From Octopus vulgaris (Eukaryota), in the NCBI GenBank assembly GCA_951406725.2, contig OX597814.1, positions 40,548,001 through 40,612,000 of the forward strand: a stretch of DNA of 64,000 nt, given 5' to 3'. This document shows, piece after piece, positions 59,851-64,000 of the stretch (its first letter is position 1; the number at the start of each line of letters is the position of its first letter). Made by a program: the position numbers and the translations under genes. Under the pieces are notes generated by a model, which saw only the letters and a program-made list of their open reading frames with translations, did not search any database and was not told the origin of the DNA.

Positions 59851-61449
59851 TTATATCTCAATAATTGTTTTAAATTTAGGCACAGGGCGAAGAAAAATTA
59901 CACGATATTAATGTAGTTGTATATGTGCAGAAGATAATTTTTTTATCTATATAAAAAATATTGTCCCAAAAGTAATGCAAGATATCCTTTAAAACGGAGA
60001 AATGCAATAAATATATGAACATTACAAACTACACCGTATTTCGTCAATCATACTAACGCGATAATAATCTGCTTCACGGAAATATATACTAACATATATG
60101 TAAACACACGTTGATGCATACACACATTCGCACATGAATATGTGTGTGTGTGTGTGTTTGTGTGCATGCACATTATATATAGATATATACACATATAACA
60201 GATAGCTATACTGATAGGAAGAAATACAATAAAAGCTGACAGATATACAAACAAATATACGTTAGATAGATATGCATCTTTAAGCAGATGCTATTCCTGC
60301 AAGTGATCATATCCCTAGCAAAAAATTTCTTCTTTGCTCGAGTGTGAACGAAAATATGTATCTACTGTTTCCGATGAAGGAGATATTCTTGAGGATGTTC
60401 ATCTTTGAACGAATGATCGATTTATCACAAATGCCCAGTTCTGAGAAGCATATAAAAGGACAGAACCTATTTGAAACGGAATAAAACTGCACCCTGTACA
60501 GATGTGCAACTCCCAAGAAATTGCAATGTTCGGGGAGGCAAGCAAGTCTATTTACATGTGTTTTCTTCATTAGAAATCGATGTTCTTTTTATACTGATGT
60601 CAAAAATAAGCACTAAACGATGTATAAGACACATCGAATAACTCAAGTGATTCCAATATCAAGGACTTGGATAAGTAAACATGTGATACAAAAAGATGAG
60701 ATATTTCAATTAATAGCAGGAAGAAGAATAAATTGAACAGGTGTAATATTATGAGGCTAAATAAGTGGAGAATATTATAAGTAGTATAATTTTCTAATAA
60801 ACGAAATAAATGTAAAATGCAAGGAGAAAAATATTTTCACTACAGAGATGTCAGTTTTTAGAAATGCTTCGTATTATTAGGCCTCATGAGTAAAGCATAC
60901 ACAATATCATTTTTTTTCTAGTACTGAATAGTGACGTATCTCATTTTTCATGTTTAAGAAACGACTTAGGCGAAAAGTAGGTCAATATACTTCCATAATT
61001 GAAACAAGAAAATGTGCAAAGTGAAACAGACTTATCTTTTCACCAATGTCATTAATTTAAATAAGCTTAAGTAGTGGGGTGAATTGATGTCTCATTCAAA
61101 TAATCTTTTTTTTTTTCTCCTCACTGTAATAATTACATCTATGAAATTTTCATCTTTCTTCTGCTAAGAGAGAAACTGTAATTGATTGTGAAATTTTAAA
61201 TAATTCAGTAATCTCGCGCACGTCATTCATCAAATTACCACTTAACATATACGTTTCAATTTGTGTGTTTATCCGATAAATATATTTATTACAGCTCACA
61301 AAGAGAAAGCAGTCAAGATGTTTTCGTCTGCTGTTGAAAATCACTTCACATAGATGCCTATCAACTGTTGTAACTCCTTCACTGCACACACACGCACACA
61401 TACACTGACACAGACAGACACACACACATACATACACGCACACATATTT

Positions 61450-61700
61450 TAGATGCAGGGGTGAGTGTGTGGTAAGAAGCTTGCTTCTCAACCACATCGT
61501 TCCGTGTTGAGTTACACTGCATGGCATCTTCCACAATGTATGTGTGTGTGCGTGTGTGAGTGTGTGTCCAGCACCACCGGTGGACAACTGGTTGTGACAT
61601 TTACGTCCCCGTAAGCTATCGGTGCGGCAGAAAAAACACAAAGAATAAGTACTAGCCTTGAGAAACTTTCTGGTCTTCATTCATTCGGCTAAAATTGTTT

Positions 61701-61764
<64 letters not shown>

Positions 61765-62020
61765 ATGTGTGTGTGTGTGTGTGTATGTGTGTGTGTTTGT
61801 GTGAATGTGTTTTTATCTGTGTCACCACACCATCGCTTGACAATCGATTCTTGTGTGTTTATATCCCCGTAAGTTAGCGGTCCATCAAAAAAGCCCGATA
61901 GAATAAGTATTAGGCTTACAAAGAATAAGTACTGGGGACAATTTATTTTACTAAAGGCTGTGCTCCAGAATGGTCGCATTCACATGACTGAAACAAGTAA
62001 AATATTTAAAGAATAAAAGA
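61450..62020 (+). mobile_element. SINE with internal TA/GT microsatellites and duplicated tail
   Basis: Homologous to 37057-37512. Confidence 0.75.
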
Positions 62021-62084
62021 ATATATATATATATATGTGTGTGTGTGTCTGTCTGTCTGTCTGTTTGTATGCATATAGCAACAC

Positions 62085-62400
62085 CCTGTCTGTTACAAGG
62101 ACGAAGGACCTAGCTGTTACGATCAACAGAACAGCTTGCTCGTGAAATTAACGTGCAAGTGACTGAGCATTCCCCAGACACGTGTACCATTAACGTAGTT
62201 CTCACGGAGATTCAGCGTGACACAGGAGATGACAAGGCTGGCCCTTTGAAATACTGGTACTATTCATTTTTACCAGCTGAGCGGACTTGAGCAACATGAA
62301 ATAAAGTGTCTTGTTCAAGGACACAATGCGTCGCCGGGAATTGAACTCACGACCTCACCATCGTGAACCGAATGCTCTAACTACTGAGTCACGCGTCTCC
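62085..62400 (-). mobile_element. tRNA-derived SINE
   Basis: Reverse complement of the 40870-41195 family. Confidence 0.85.
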
Positions 62401-62514
62401 GCAATGCATATAAATATGTATGTATGCAGGCATGCATGCATGTGTGTATGTATGTATGTATCTGTGTATGTGTGTATGTATGTATGTATGTATGTATGTA
62501 TGTATGTATGTATG

Positions 62515-62942
62515 GTCACTTTCGAGTGTTCCTGGTAACATGTAACCCAGTACAACCTGTTGCATGTTCGGGTCGTCCGCAACTAAACCGGCAACCCCAC
62601 CAAGCTTACTTGGTGAGGAGGGTGTTTATTGGACACCCTGCGGGAGGAAAAACAAAACCCGTCAAAGGGCGGAGGAACTCTTGATAGTCAACGGCCATCC
62701 AATAAATGTATTAAGGCTGTATCATGCGCGGGAACATAGAAATACCCGATCGCGCGGTTAAAACATTGGGGCTGAATGACTCCTTTTCGGATTATGGCTG
62801 CTGTTGCTTAGTGAGTGTGATTGACTCAGTGCACAGCCTTTCCTCACTTTAAAAAAAAATCTTCTTGCACAGGCATTGCACGATAACAACATTGATTAAG
62901 TTTCGTGCAATGCCCATACTCGATAACGAGGGGACAGCCACC
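62515..62942. mobile_element. GC-richer ~430-bp insertion inside a (TATG)n tract, unclassified
   Basis: Sharp composition change with (TATG)n on both sides; no ORF homology recognised. Confidence 0.45.
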
Positions 62943-63031
62943 ATGTATGTATGTATGTATGTATGTATGTATGTATGTATGTATGTATGTATGTATGTAT
63001 GTATATATGTGTGCATGTATGTATGTATGAA

Positions 63032-63118
<87 letters not shown>

Positions 63119-63413
63119 AATGTCGGTTTGTATGCATATTTGTATATGTATATGTATGTATTTATGCATGCATGTATTATATATGTAAATATGTATGTAT
63201 GCGGGGTTACATTATGAAAACAATGCACAGAACAAGACAGATATCACCTTCGGTGAGGAGATATGCATTCAGAGATTTGAATGCGATTAACATTTACATA
63301 GAAGGGAATGATCCTTCAGATTTTGAATTCTACTCTTTCATAACAAGAAAGATATAAGAAAATATATATAGGACAAAAGTGATTCAGAAAATACCTACAC
63401 ATACTCACTCTTG

Positions 63414-63461
<48 letters not shown>

Positions 63462-64000
63462 AGTCTTATCATAGCATTGTCAGAGCATTTCAAATAATGT
63501 AATGTGAGAAAATTTTGTAAACAAGTGCCGAATAGATTGGTGTTCTACAGAAAATAAATGTATTCTCTGACGTACATGGCTTGTGACAACAGCTCAAAAA
63601 TCAGAAAATTTTTGGGAGGAAAGAGAAAATAAAACGGTCGCGTGTTTAATGATCTAGTGAGAAGGCAGTTCTATTGGTATAGTTAGGAATTATTGCTGTT
63701 AATATTATTGTGAATAATATTAATTTGGTGAAATTGGCATGAGCTCCTGCCGTATTTCTTTTGTCTTTTCATTGTGAGTTCTTGTTTCATCGCAGTCAAA
63801 TTTGTTTTTCATAGTTCGGAGTTTATGAAATAAGCACCAGTTGAACTCTGAAGTCAATGCAATAAACTTGTTTCCTCGTACGAACTTTTTGCCTGCCGTG
63901 GTTGACTTGCTTACTAATATAGGTAGGCAACGAGATAGTAAAATCTTTCTAGTGCAGAGCAAAATGCGTTAGGACTAATAAACACATCAAGAAATACAAA

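Noticed and set aside
62515-62600. HDV-like ribozyme
   Set aside because: Could not assemble a consistent nested double pseudoknot by eye.

Overview
This is a 64-kb, AT-rich, repeat-saturated eukaryotic intergenic or intronic window. The SINE, LINE and microsatellite content resembles a coleoid cephalopod such as Octopus (inference, no search run). No intact host gene is visible. Most ORFs in the track are microsatellite artefacts. Recognisable content: a head-to-tail cluster of R4/Dong-type retrotransposon pieces in (TAA)n, a nearly frame-intact CR1/L2-group RT pseudogene plus relics, an RTE relic, Penelope-like (PLE) RT relics, several mariner/Tc1 fossils, a complete non-autonomous Helitron, a Pif1 fragment and many tRNA-derived SINEs. 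The main signal is a set of short, non-coding, (TA)n-anchored fold-back or tandem elements carrying minimal hammerhead ribozymes (HHR) with palindromic stem III. Intact cores lie at 22904-22983 and 46552-46635, and a tandem pair of the U3:A8 covariant lies at 38101 and 38463. A tRNA-headed SINE ends in a decayed hammerhead. Several local templated duplications and a candidate 15-nt microexon are also present. Coordinates were read by eye, and the edges of decayed elements are approximate.
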